A DNA stretch of 64,000 bases. Origin: a bacterium (lineage in GTDB: Bacteria; UBA8248; JACPRG01; G963555815). The notes under the pieces were generated by a model. The model was not told the origin of the DNA, did not search any database, and saw only the letters and a list, made by a program, of their open reading frames with translations. Positions 1 to 9,718 of this stretch are shown here, piece after piece. Within the stretch, counting starts at the first letter, position 1, and each line of letters opens with the position of its first letter. The stretch covers positions 1,216,001-1,280,000 of the forward strand of contig CBDHDG010000007.1 in assembly GCA_965261595.1 (NCBI GenBank), read 5' to 3'. A program made the position numbers and the translations under genes.

Positions 1-411
1 GGACGCGGAACGGACAAAATGCCCGTCATCGGCGCGGTGGAACGCGGGGCTTCTGTGGTGGCGAAGGTCGCCAATAATGTATCCGGAAAGGGTATCCTCA
101 AATTCATACAGAAGGCGGTTGACCCTGCGGGTTCCCTGCTCATCACGGATGAGTATCCCGCCTACAACCGAGCCAGAAAAATCATACCTCATGCGGTCAT
201 CAACCACCAAGTCCAGTATGTCGAAGGCTACAAGCATACGAACACGATTGAGGGTTTCTGGAGCCTTCTGAAGCGGGCATGGTACGGCTCTCATCACAAA
301 TACACCCTCAAGCACGCTGACGCCTATATTCAGGAGGCTTGCTTCAAATATAACACGCGCAAGCAACCCGACTTGTTCTCTGCATTCATCAAGCGGGCGG
401 CCTTGGCATGA
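1..411 (+). CDS. IS1595-family transposase, C-terminal part (5' end outside window)
   Basis: TDE and HTNTIEGFW motifs; same sequence as the C-terminus of 8763-9638. Confidence 0.9.
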   Translation, partial: GRGTDKMPVIGAVERGASVVAKVANNVSGKGILKFIQKAVDPAGSLLITDEYPAYNRARKIIPHAVINHQVQYVEGYKHTNTIEGFWSLLKRAWYGSHHKYTLKHADAYIQEACFKYNTRKQPDLFSAFIKRAALA

Positions 412-1871
412 ATCGCCTGTATTATGGCGACTGCCTGACCATCATGCAGGAAATGCGCGCCGGAAGCGTAGACCTCATTTATCTCGACCCACCCTTCAAC
501 TCGAACCGCGAATACAACGCCATTTACAAGGATGAGACTGGACGGCCCTTGCCCGATCAAATAGAGGCGTTCTGCGACCTCTGGACACTTGATGAAGAGC
601 GACAGCGTGTCATTAGACATATGCCCGTTATGTTGCGCGAGGCAGGCCTTGACGATGAGACGACTCAATTCTGGAAACTATGGATGAACGCCTTGAGAAA
701 CACACAACCGCGCCTTCTCGCCTACCTCTCCTATATGGTTGAGCGATTACTACAGATGAAGTCTATTCTCAAGCCCACGGGGAGCGTTTATCTCCATTGC
801 GACCCCACGGCCAGCCACTACATCAAGATCATGATGGATAGTATTTTCGGGCATCGGAATTTCAGGAATGAGATTATCTGGTCATACAAGCGATGGCCCT
901 CTAAGAGTTCCCGATTTCAGACCATGCACGACGTGATTCTGTTTTACGGAAAAGGAAAAACAAACACGTTTCATGTCGCCTATGAACCTGCCAGTGAGAG
1001 TTACCTGAAGCGGTTCAAGGGGAAAACGCAGTATCTCGATCCGGAAACGAAAACGCGAAAAATCCCCGTGGACGAACCCACGAAGGGCATGCCGCTTCGT
1101 GATGTCTGGGACATTTCGATTCTGGCCGGATCATCAAAAGAACGCCTCGGCTACAGAACCCAGAAGCCTCTCGCTCTCCTTGAGCGCATCATCAAGGCTT
1201 CCTCGAATGAAGGCGACGTGGTTCTAGACCCATTCTGTGGATGCGCCACAACGATGGAGGCGGCCCATAGCCTCGGCCGTAAGTGGATCGGAATCGATAT
1301 CGCCATTCACGCCATCAAGCGCGTGGCGCGGATGCGCCTACAGCATCGCCTGGGCTTGGTAGAGGGCGAGGACTTCACCATCGACGGCGTGCCTCGCAAC
1401 GTGGAAGGCGCGAAAGACCTTTGGGAGCGAGACAAATACCACTTTCAAAAATGGGCCGTCGAGGAGGTGGAGGGCTTCGTTACGACCAAGCGGACGGCGG
1501 ACGGTGGAATCGACGGGCGCCTTTACTTCCCGCTTCCCGATAAGCCCGACCTGCAAAGCATGGCCCTTGAGGTGAAGGGCGGAAAGAACGTCAACATAAG
1601 TGATGTTCGCGCCCTCAAGGGTGTATTGGATAATGACGATGCGCTTATGGCGGGTATCATAACCATGGAGCCTTTAGGCGCGGTGAAAGAACGGAATTTT
1701 AGACGTGATATGGCGCAGGCTGGAGATCTCATCGTGAATCGAATGGAGTATCCCCGAATGCAGATGTTGAGCGTTTCGGACATATTCGATGGGAAGCGAT
1801 TTCATACGCCGGGCGTTGTTGGCAAAGGGCAAGGTTCACAAATAGCTCTGCCCGGAACCGTGAAGCGTTAG
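408..1871 (+). CDS. N6/N4 DNA methyltransferase fused to a C-terminal Mrr-like PD-(D/E)xK domain
   Basis: IYLDPPF catalytic motif, DPFCGC SAM-binding motif, C-terminal DGGIDG...EVKGG; ATGA overlap with transposase stop. Confidence 0.88.
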   Translation: MNRLYYGDCLTIMQEMRAGSVDLIYLDPPFNSNREYNAIYKDETGRPLPDQIEAFCDLWTLDEERQRVIRHMPVMLREAGLDDETTQFWKLWMNALRNTQPRLLAYLSYMVERLLQMKSILKPTGSVYLHCDPTASHYIKIMMDSIFGHRNFRNEIIWSYKRWPSKSSRFQTMHDVILFYGKGKTNTFHVAYEPASESYLKRFKGKTQYLDPETKTRKIPVDEPTKGMPLRDVWDISILAGSSKERLGYRTQKPLALLERIIKASSNEGDVVLDPFCGCATTMEAAHSLGRKWIGIDIAIHAIKRVARMRLQHRLGLVEGEDFTIDGVPRNVEGAKDLWERDKYHFQKWAVEEVEGFVTTKRTADGGIDGRLYFPLPDKPDLQSMALEVKGGKNVNISDVRALKGVLDNDDALMAGIITMEPLGAVKERNFRRDMAQAGDLIVNRMEYPRMQMLSVSDIFDGKRFHTPGVVGKGQGSQIALPGTVKR

Positions 1872-2028
1872 ATTGGGAAGTGTAGCCCATAACTACGCAG
1901 TGCGAAGAATAATCTCCCACAGTCCTGAGATTTCCGGAAGAGCCGAACCGCGCGCCATCACGGATCAAGCGGACGCGCGTGTCTTCTTGGTGAGCGGACG
2001 GGGGTGGGGAAGGAGGGAAAGGGGACTG

Positions 2029-2352
2029 TCAGTCGGGGGGCGGCTCCCCGAGATGCCGTTTCGCCTCCTTGTACTCCCGGCGGATCGTCGCCATGAGGTC
2101 CTGAGCGAAATCCTCGGGGATCTCCCGGGAGGGGGCCTGTCGGCAGAGGTCTTTCGTCTTCTCCAGGGAGCGGAACAGGTTCCGGCACGGGGGGCAATCC
2201 TCCATGTGCCGCCCCATCTTCGCCATCAGCTCGGGGTCCAACTCCTCATCCATGAACTCCGAGAGCACGGGAAAGGCGTCGCCGCACTTGACCCACCAGC
2301 GGCGCCGTCTCGACGGAACGATCATATCCAGTAAATGCCTCATGAAGCTCAC
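2029..2352 (-). CDS. zf-HC2 anti-sigma factor
   Basis: HMEDCPPC (HxxxCxxC) motif; directly downstream of an ECF sigma gene. Confidence 0.85.
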   Translation of the reverse strand: MSFMRHLLDMIVPSRRRRWWVKCGDAFPVLSEFMDEELDPELMAKMGRHMEDCPPCRNLFRSLEKTKDLCRQAPSREIPEDFAQDLMATIRREYKEAKRHLGEPPPD

Positions 2353-2406
2353 GGCGCGGACCTCGCTTTCTCCCCCGCGGATTCTATCATCCCTGTCCTC
2401 TTCAAT

Positions 2407-3006
2407 TTATGAGGACGTGAGTTTTTCAAGCTCCTCGCGGACAAACAGCCGCGCCCGGTGGAGCCGGGATTTTACGGCGGCGACGGACAGGCCGAGCATC
2501 TCCCCGGTCTCGTTCGCCGAGTGGCCCTCCAAGTCCCGAAGCGCCAAAACCGTCCTGTACTCCTCGGGCAGCTTGGCGATCGCGGCCTCCAGCAGCGTAC
2601 GGCCTTCCTTTTCCTCGAAAACCTCCTCGGGCCTCGGCGGCCGAACGCTGAAGCCCTCCAGCGTCGAAAGCTGAAACTGCTCCAACATCAGGTCGCCCAA
2701 GGGCGCGGTTTGGGGCCCCTTTCGCCTCTGGAGAAACGTGTTGACCGCGATCCGGTGCAGCCACGTCCCGACGGCGGAATCGCCCCGAAACGTTCCAAGA
2801 CTGCGAAACGCCTTGAGAAACGTGTCCTGGAGAACATCGCGCGTTTCGTCCTCGTCCCAGGACATCCGGTATATGACGTTGTAGAGTCGGTCCTGATAGT
2901 GGAGGACGAACTCCTCGAACGCCTCGACCTCGCCCTTCCGAAACCAGTCGAGGGCATCCCGCTCCCAGCCTGACTCCGTTTTCACCGCCGTCGTCTCAGA
3001 TCCCAT
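2407..3006 (-). CDS. ECF sigma-70 factor
   Basis: Region 2 (DVLQDTFLKAF...TWLHRIAVN) and region 4 (LRDLEGHS...AVKSRLHRAR). Confidence 0.92.
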   Translation of the reverse strand: MGSETTAVKTESGWERDALDWFRKGEVEAFEEFVLHYQDRLYNVIYRMSWDEDETRDVLQDTFLKAFRSLGTFRGDSAVGTWLHRIAVNTFLQRRKGPQTAPLGDLMLEQFQLSTLEGFSVRPPRPEEVFEEKEGRTLLEAAIAKLPEEYRTVLALRDLEGHSANETGEMLGLSVAAVKSRLHRARLFVREELEKLTSS

Positions 3007-3213
3007 GCCGTCATTCTACCCCAACACAGCATCCGAGGGTGCCGGGAAGCTACCACAACGGATTAGAGCACTCTTTATGAAAAAAGGATTCATCCGCTGT
3101 GAAAAGAAATTGCGGGATCTGAGGGAGGGGGATGGGCAACACTGTTGTCGGGGTTGGCCAGATGAAAATTAGATCTGTCCCATTTTCGCTTTCATTTTTG
3201 CTTTTTGTATTGA

Positions 3214-3239
3214 GGGCCGGTACGGAGCCCGGCCCCTAC
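3214..3239 (-). repeat. GTAG-type REP-like palindrome
   Basis: GTAGGGGCCGGGCTCCGTACCGGCCC on the minus strand, overlapping the caspase stop codon. Confidence 0.55.
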
Positions 3240-4769
3240 ATCGGCTTATCGGCTTCCGGGCGTTTCCCCTCTTTCTCGCGCCTCTTCCCATCGGCCCGCT
3301 CCACGGCTTCGCGCAAATCCCTTATCGCCGGGTCCTCGGGGGTGATCCGCCGGGACTTTTCCATATACGCCAGCGCGCGGTGAAGGTCGCCCGCCCTCAG
3401 CCTGGCACGGGCCCAGCCCAGATACATCCCGGCGATCTTCCCCAGTCGCTTCGTGACCTCGGGGTGGCTCGGCCGCAGGACGCCCGCCGCCATGATGAGC
3501 CGGTAGGCGTTCCCTCCCTTCGGCGTGGTCAAGCGCTTGAGGGCGATGAGGGCGTCCGCCTTGGCCAGGAGGGCGCTGAACTTGTCGGCGGGAAGCGATG
3601 CGGGGGCCGGAGGTCTTACGGGAGAACCGGGCCGCCCGCCGGGCGGCGCCCGTCCGGGGGCGAGGCGGGCTGTCACGCCCGCCAGGGCCAGCCGGTACGG
3701 GCCGGGCATCAGCCGTCCGTCCGCAAGCTGCCGGACGAGGGGCAGGAGGAGCGCGCCGCGCTTTCCTCCGATCTCGCCGTCCAGGATCCCGACAGCCTCC
3801 TCGAACTCGACGCCGGTGATCCGCTTGTCCCGGAGGAGCCGCGTCAGCGCGTCGCGGCGGGCATTCTCCCGCGCGAGGGCGGCCGGGTTCAGGCTGATGA
3901 GGAAGCCCGCCGAGAACGAGCCGATGATCCGGGGCTCCTGCGTGTTGTTCCGCCGCCGGGCCTCGTCGGTGACCTTCCGGCGAACATGCGCCCAAACCTC
4001 CTCGATCTCCACGGCGCCGTCGCCGTTCCGGTCGGCCTTTCCCCTCAGGGCTTCCAGCAGGAAATACGTGAAGATCCCGTGGCCGAGCTCCTCCGATTCC
4101 AGGGAGAGCTGCTTGCCGTCGCTGGCCGTGATGGTCACCCTCCCGGTCCCCTGATAGTTCGTGAAAAAATCCTGGTCGAACAGGGCCTTGGGAGCGTCCC
4201 GCTTCTCGACGATGGCGGCCGAGTAACACGAATCCAGGAAAGAGGCCAGCCGCTTCGCCTTGATCCGTTGGAGGCGGCCGGTGATGTAGTTGTTCTCCAC
4301 CGCCGTGGAGGCGATGTCGTCGATGTCGGCGTCGTAACTGACCCAGAACGTCTCGTCACCCTCGGGCGCGCCGTGGCCGGAGTAGTAGACGACGACGGTG
4401 TCGTCCTCTCCCGCTTCGCGGACGAGCCAGTTGAGCCCCTTGCGGATGTTGACGAGCGTCGCACGCTCATCCAGAAGGAGCCGCACGTTCCCTTTCGGGA
4501 ACCGGCCGTGACGGGGGTCGGTCAGGACGTCATACATCGCCCGGGCGTCGGCGACGGTGTACCGAAGGGGAGGAATGCGCCCATCCCGATACCGGCCGAT
4601 CCCGATGATGAGGGCGTACCGCTTGCCCTCGGCCAGTTTGGATTGGATCCGGGGCGTGACGGAGATCGACTTCGTGGCCGCGAGCGAGTCTCCCCGCCCG
4701 CCCGGCGCGAGAAAAACAGGAGCCAGTGTAAAGGAAGAGGACTGCAACGAGGAATGATTGCCGGGGCAA
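3236..4769 (-). CDS. Caspase-family (peptidase C14) protein with C-terminal TPR-like helices; signal-peptide start probably offset by a 1-nt frameshift
   Basis: ALIIGI, YSGHG and LDSCYS catalytic dyad motifs; GGAGG RBS and TTG at 4769 give MPRQSFLVAVLFL, one base out of frame with the main ORF 3236-4747. Confidence 0.8.
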
Positions 4770-4984
4770 GGCCTGCTCCTCCGGGAGGGAGAGAGGGGGG
4801 GGTCCCGGGCTCGGCGGAGAGTATGCCTTACAGGACGGCTCGGGAGCCTTTTTTATCGAGGGGATTATAAAAGATCCCCCCGTTAAAGAGAAACCGGCGC
4901 CAGGGATAGGGGGGGGGAGGCGGAAAGCCGGACGGATCCGGGCGGTATCCGCGCGCACCCGAAGAGAAAACCCCCTCCGGAACC

Positions 4985-6061
4985 CTACGGATGGATAATC
5001 ACCCGAATGGCGCCGTCGATGCGCTCTACCGCCGTCTCCAAACCCGTGGCGAACTCCGTCAGGGGGAAGGTGTGCGTGATGAGCGACTTCAGGTCGATCT
5101 TCCCCTTCACGATGAGCGCAATCGCCTCGGGGCAGGTGTTGGGATTGGCGCGCAGGCCGTACACGTCGATCTCATTCAGCGTGATCTCCCCGAGCGGAAG
5201 CGGGACGTCGCCGAGCATCACGCCCGCATAACAGATCCTCCCGCCCTTCATCACGACGCCGACGGCCTGTTTGCAGGATTCGGGCTTCCCGGCCGTCTCG
5301 ATGACCGCCTCCGCGCCGATGCCGCCCGTCATCTCCCGGATCGTCTCGACCGGGTCCACCGCCTCGAAGTCCACGGTCTCCGCGCCGAGCTCGGCAGCCT
5401 TTTTCAATCTCTCGCCCCGGCCAACAACGATGACCCGGCCCGCGCCCATGGCGGCGGCGCATTGAAGGGAAAGCAGGCCGATCCCCCCCGGGCCGAAGAC
5501 GACGACCGTGTCCCCCGGGCCGACTTTGGCCCGCTTGGCGGAGTGCAGCGCGATGCCGGCGGGGTCCACCAGGCTCGCCTCGTCGTAGGAGAGCGAATCG
5601 GGTATCGGGTAAACGCTCTTGACCGAGATCGAAAAATACTCCGAATACGCGCCGGCCGAGCAGTGGCCGTACTGCTTGTGGCCCCGGTCCTCGTTGCCGT
5701 AATTCAGGCATAGGGTGTACCGGCCAAGGCCGCAGTTCCGGCAGTACCCGCAGCCCTTGTGGGAAGCGGCGCAGATGCGGTCGCCCGGCTGGAAGTCGAA
5801 CACCCCCTCGCCCTGCGCGATGACCTCGCCCGCCCACTCGTGCCCGATGGTGATGGGATAGTAAGGGGGCCAGCCCCAGGCGTCTCAGAACACGCCGGCT
5901 ATCAGCTTGGAGTCCGTCCCGGTGTCGATGGCGATGGAGTGCACCCGGCAGAGGATTTCCATGGGGCCGGGCTCGGGGACGGGGACCTTGCGGAGCTCGA
6001 ACGCCCCGGGGCCGGTGAGAACGAGGGCGTCCATCTCGGAAGGCAGGGTTGCGGTCGGCAT
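4985..6061 (-). pseudogene. Zn-dependent medium-chain dehydrogenase interrupted by an in-frame TGA
   Basis: ORFs 5885-6061 and 4985-5803 are in the same frame and read ...AGVF*DAWGWPPYYPITIGHEWAG...; GHE, CGYCRNC...C and GPGGIG motifs. Confidence 0.85.
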
Positions 6062-6145
6062 GAGAACCTCCTGGATTTGGCGGAAAACAAAAAGCGCCGG
6101 GCGCCTCAATCGGCGCGGCCGATTCCGTGCGAGAACGGGTTCACC

Positions 6146-6460
6146 TCAATATCCGCGGGCCAGATAGTAGACGGCCACCGACAGGCCCAGTATGCCCAGA
6201 CCCGCCGAAACCGCCGCGGGCATGGAGGCGACCTCGGGCCAGACGCGCCACGCCAGCGCGGCCAGCATCGCCCCGACCAGATAGACCCACAGGGTGAGCA
6301 GGATCCGAAACAGGGCCCGCAGGACGCCGGGAGGCGGGGGCAAGCCCACGGCGCCGTATCGGACGGCCAAGCGTCTGAACCCGAGATGGCCCGCCCAGGC
6401 CGACAGGCCCATGCCCCCCAAAGAGAGTCCCGCGAACCAAACGGTTAAATAGGGGTTCAA
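6146..6460 (-). CDS. Small membrane protein
   Basis: Three hydrophobic segments; co-oriented with neighbours. Confidence 0.6.
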   Translation of the reverse strand: MNPYLTVWFAGLSLGGMGLSAWAGHLGFRRLAVRYGAVGLPPPPGVLRALFRILLTLWVYLVGAMLAALAWRVWPEVASMPAAVSAGLGILGLSVAVYYLARGY

Positions 6461-6488
6461 TCTTCGCTCCCGCTGGAGGGGGCGGCGC

Positions 6489-6959
6489 TCAAAACCGAAA
6501 CATCCCGGAAAGAATGATGATCACCGTCATGACCTCGTTGAAAAGACCGAACGGCTTTCGCCGCTCCACCAGGGCGCGGACCGCCTCGGGGACCGGCGGA
6601 CCGGAGACGAACGACAACTCCCGCCCCAGGAGCCGCATGATGAACAGCAGGTGCGCCGTGTTCAGGATCATCGCGAAAAAGGCCACATGCTTGACGGTGA
6701 GCCAGGTCGTCCCGAAAAACCCGTACCCGCTGAGAATGGACATCGCCAGGCCGCTCGACAGAAGCAGGACGAGCCCCCAGATGGCCATTACGAGGACGCG
6801 GAAGGGCATGCGGCTGTTGGCCAGCTCCTCGGCCCCGTCGCCGGCCTCCCGGGCGGCCTGAATCCGGCCGCTCAACAGGTAGGTCACGGCGTGAAAGCCG
6901 ATGTAAAGCCCCAGGCCAATCAAGTGGAAGAAGAGAAGGCCCTTTTGCACCCAGTACAT
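6489..6959 (-). CDS. Four-helix membrane protein
   Basis: GGAGG RBS before ATG at 6959; four hydrophobic segments with His residues. Confidence 0.65.
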   Translation of the reverse strand: MYWVQKGLLFFHLIGLGLYIGFHAVTYLLSGRIQAAREAGDGAEELANSRMPFRVLVMAIWGLVLLLSSGLAMSILSGYGFFGTTWLTVKHVAFFAMILNTAHLLFIMRLLGRELSFVSGPPVPEAVRALVERRKPFGLFNEVMTVIIILSGMFRF

Positions 6960-6980
6960 GGGAGCGACCTCCAGGGGAAA

Positions 6981-7247
6981 GTCGCGGGGGGCGCTTTTTG
7001 AAAGGCGCCCCCCCGCACCCCCCAGCAAAACTTTCGTTTGGCGATGGATTGCCGCCCCTGAAGGGGCGGCAATCCATCGTGGAAGCAAATGGAATTTGAT
7101 CGATACAGTCCCTCTGGCCGCGCCAAGCAAACGAGCTTAAACCATCTCACCTCCAAGCGCGGGTAAGGCCAAGCCGAAGGCTCGACCGCAGAAAGTTCTA
7201 AGGGGGTTCTCAACCCCTGGGGAGCGTCTTTCAGGAAGCCCCCCAGG
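6981..7247. repeat. Hairpin-rich intergenic repeat element, copy A
   Basis: Blocks aaaactttcgtttggcga plus GC hairpin, and ccgcagaaagttctaagggg...gaagccccccagg, recur inverted at 53050-53356. Confidence 0.7.
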
Positions 7248-7302
7248 AAATTTATCGTTTATTACTTTTCGCACTGCGTAGTTATGGGCTACACTTCCCA
7301 AT

Positions 7303-8766
7303 CTAACGCTTCACGGTTCCGGGCAGAGCTATTTGTGAACCTTGCCCTTTGCCAACAACGCCCGGCGTATGAAATCGCTTCCCATCGAATATGTCCGAAA
7401 CGCTCAACATCTGCATTCGGGGATACTCCATTCGATTCACGATGAGATCTCCAGCCTGCGCCATATCACGTCTAAAATTCCGTTCTTTCACCGCGCCTAA
7501 AGGCTCCATGGTTATGATACCCGCCATAAGCGCATCGTCATTATCCAATACACCCTTGAGGGCGCGAACATCACTTATGTTGACGTTCTTTCCGCCCTTC
7601 ACCTCAAGGGCCATGCTTTGCAGGTCGGGCTTATCGGGAAGCGGGAAGTAAAGGCGCCCGTCGATTCCACCGTCCGCCGTCCGCTTGGTCGTAACGAAGC
7701 CCTCCACCTCCTCGACGGCCCATTTTTGAAAGTGGTATTTGTCTCGCTCCCAAAGGTCTTTCGCGCCTTCCACGTTGCGAGGCACGCCGTCGATGGTGAA
7801 GTCCTCGCCCTCTACCAAGCCCAGGCGATGCTGTAGGCGCATCCGCGCCACGCGCTTGATGGCGTGAATGGCGATATCGATTCCGATCCACTTACGGCCG
7901 AGGCTATGGGCCGCCTCCATCGTTGTGGCGCATCCACAGAATGGGTCTAGAACCACGTCGCCTTCATTCGAGGAAGCCTTGATGATGCGCTCAAGGAGAG
8001 CGAGAGGCTTCTGGGTTCTGTAGCCGAGGCGTTCTTTTGATGATCCGGCCAGAATCGAAATGTCCCAGACATCACGAAGCGGCATGCCCTTCGTGGGTTC
8101 GTCCACGGGGATTTTTCGCGTTTTCGTTTCCGGATCGAGATACTGCGTTTTCCCCTTGAACCGCTTCAGGTAACTCTCACTGGCAGGTTCATAGGCGACA
8201 TGAAACGTGTTTGTTTTTCCTTTTCCGTAAAACAGAATCACGTCGTGCATGGTCTGAAATCGGGAACTCTTAGAGGGCCATCGCTTGTATGACCAGATAA
8301 TCTCATTCCTGAAATTCCGATGCCCGAAAATACTATCCATCATGATCTTGATGTAGTGGCTGGCCGTGGGGTCGCAATGGAGATAAACGCTCCCCGTGGG
8401 CTTGAGAATAGACTTCATCTGTAGTAATCGCTCAACCATATAGGAGAGGTAGGCGAGAAGGCGCGGTTGTGTGTTTCTCAAGGCGTTCATCCATAGTTTC
8501 CAGAATTGAGTCGTCTCATCGTCAAGGCCTGCCTCGCGCAACATAACGGGCATATGTCTAATGACACGCTGTCGCTCTTCATCAAGTGTCCAGAGGTCGC
8601 AGAACGCCTCTATTTGATCGGGCAAGGGCCGTCCAGTCTCATCCTTGTAAATGGCGTTGTATTCGCGGTTCGAGTTGAAGGGTGGGTCGAGATAAATGAG
8701 GTCTACGCTTCCGGCGCGCATTTCCTGCATGATGGTCAGGCAGTCGCCATAATACAGGCGATTCAT
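7303..8766 (-). CDS. DNA methyltransferase-Mrr-like fusion (identical to 408-1871)
   Basis: Identical 487-aa translation. Confidence 0.88.
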   Translation of the reverse strand: MNRLYYGDCLTIMQEMRAGSVDLIYLDPPFNSNREYNAIYKDETGRPLPDQIEAFCDLWTLDEERQRVIRHMPVMLREAGLDDETTQFWKLWMNALRNTQPRLLAYLSYMVERLLQMKSILKPTGSVYLHCDPTASHYIKIMMDSIFGHRNFRNEIIWSYKRWPSKSSRFQTMHDVILFYGKGKTNTFHVAYEPASESYLKRFKGKTQYLDPETKTRKIPVDEPTKGMPLRDVWDISILAGSSKERLGYRTQKPLALLERIIKASSNEGDVVLDPFCGCATTMEAAHSLGRKWIGIDIAIHAIKRVARMRLQHRLGLVEGEDFTIDGVPRNVEGAKDLWERDKYHFQKWAVEEVEGFVTTKRTADGGIDGRLYFPLPDKPDLQSMALEVKGGKNVNISDVRALKGVLDNDDALMAGIITMEPLGAVKERNFRRDMAQAGDLIVNRMEYPRMQMLSVSDIFDGKRFHTPGVVGKGQGSQIALPGTVKR

Positions 8767-9638
8767 GCCAAGGCCGCCCGCTTGATGAATGCAGAGAACA
8801 AGTCGGGTTGCTTGCGCGTGTTATATTTGAAGCAAGCCTCCTGAATATAGGCGTCAGCGTGCTTGAGGGTGTATTTGTGATGAGAGCCGTACCATGCCCG
8901 CTTCAGAAGGCTCCAGAAACCCTCAATCGTGTTCGTATGCTTGTAGCCTTCGACATACTGGACTTGGTGGTTGATGACCGCATGAGGTATGATTTTTCTG
9001 GCTCGGTTGTAGGCGGGATACTCATCCGTGATGAGCAGGGAACCCGCAGGGTCAACCGCCTTCTGTATGAATTTGAGGATACCCTTTCCGGATACATTAT
9101 TGGCGACCTTCGCCACCACAGAAGCCCCGCGTTCCACCGCGCCGATGACGGGCATTTTGTCCGTTCCGCGTCCGCGCTTGCCCGGCTTGTCATCATCGCG
9201 CTTGTTGCCCTTGCGAGGCTTCCCGCCGATATAACACTCATCCGCCTCTATGATTCCCTGCAATAAGCCGCCATCAAGGGTCATAGCCTTTCGGATTCTC
9301 ATCGCCAGATACCAAGCCGTCTTATGGTTGATTCCTAAATCGCGCCCTAGTTGATGCGAAGATACGCTTTTCTTGGCATTCAGGAGTAAACCAATGGCCA
9401 GAAACCATATCTGCAGGTCGATTTTCGTCTTTTGAAAGATGGTCTTTGAGAGAACATTGAACGAGGACTTGCAGTCATGGCAATTCCACCGGCCTATGCG
9501 ATGTCCGTCCGCCTTCCGTGCAACCTGCATCCCTCCGCAATTCGGGCAATATGGCTCATCGCCAAAGCGGACCTTCTCAAGATGCTCGATGCAGGATTCG
9601 TGGTCTGGGAAGCGTCTGAAAATCTTTACCAAGTCCAT
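8763..9638 (-). CDS. IS1595-family transposase
   Basis: N-terminal CPNC...CHDC zinc ribbon, HTH, EADE, TDE, HTNTIEGFW. Confidence 0.93.
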   Translation of the reverse strand: MDLVKIFRRFPDHESCIEHLEKVRFGDEPYCPNCGGMQVARKADGHRIGRWNCHDCKSSFNVLSKTIFQKTKIDLQIWFLAIGLLLNAKKSVSSHQLGRDLGINHKTAWYLAMRIRKAMTLDGGLLQGIIEADECYIGGKPRKGNKRDDDKPGKRGRGTDKMPVIGAVERGASVVAKVANNVSGKGILKFIQKAVDPAGSLLITDEYPAYNRARKIIPHAVINHQVQYVEGYKHTNTIEGFWSLLKRAWYGSHHKYTLKHADAYIQEACFKYNTRKQPDLFSAFIKRAALA

Positions 9639-9718
9639 TTTGTATCCCCCTTTGTGATCTGATACTTATAATATAGGGCATGGGGGATTATTCGTCAAGC
9701 CCAAAACTACGCAGCGCG

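Larger units (their letters stand above)
1..1904 (+). mobile_element. IS1595-family transporter IS, copy 1 (left end outside window), with methyltransferase passenger
   Basis: Reverse-complement match to 7270-9174 (encoded proteins identical); match ends at the terminal repeat agcccataactacgcagtgcg(aa), about 1884-1906. Confidence 0.9.
7270..9718 (-). mobile_element. IS1595-family transporter IS, copy 2 (complete)
   Basis: Terminal inverted repeats cgcactgcgtagttatgggct / cgcgctgcgtagttttgggct (ends +/-2 bp); contains transposase and methyltransferase; no matching target duplication. Confidence 0.9.

Noticed and set aside
3380..4870. Long antisense or alternate-frame ORFs (e.g. 3380-4870, 14494-15399, 16100-17635, 19722-21017, 22227-23615, 47891-49198, 55134-region 54969-56084)
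   Set aside because: Shadow ORFs of real genes in GC-rich DNA, with no recognisable motifs
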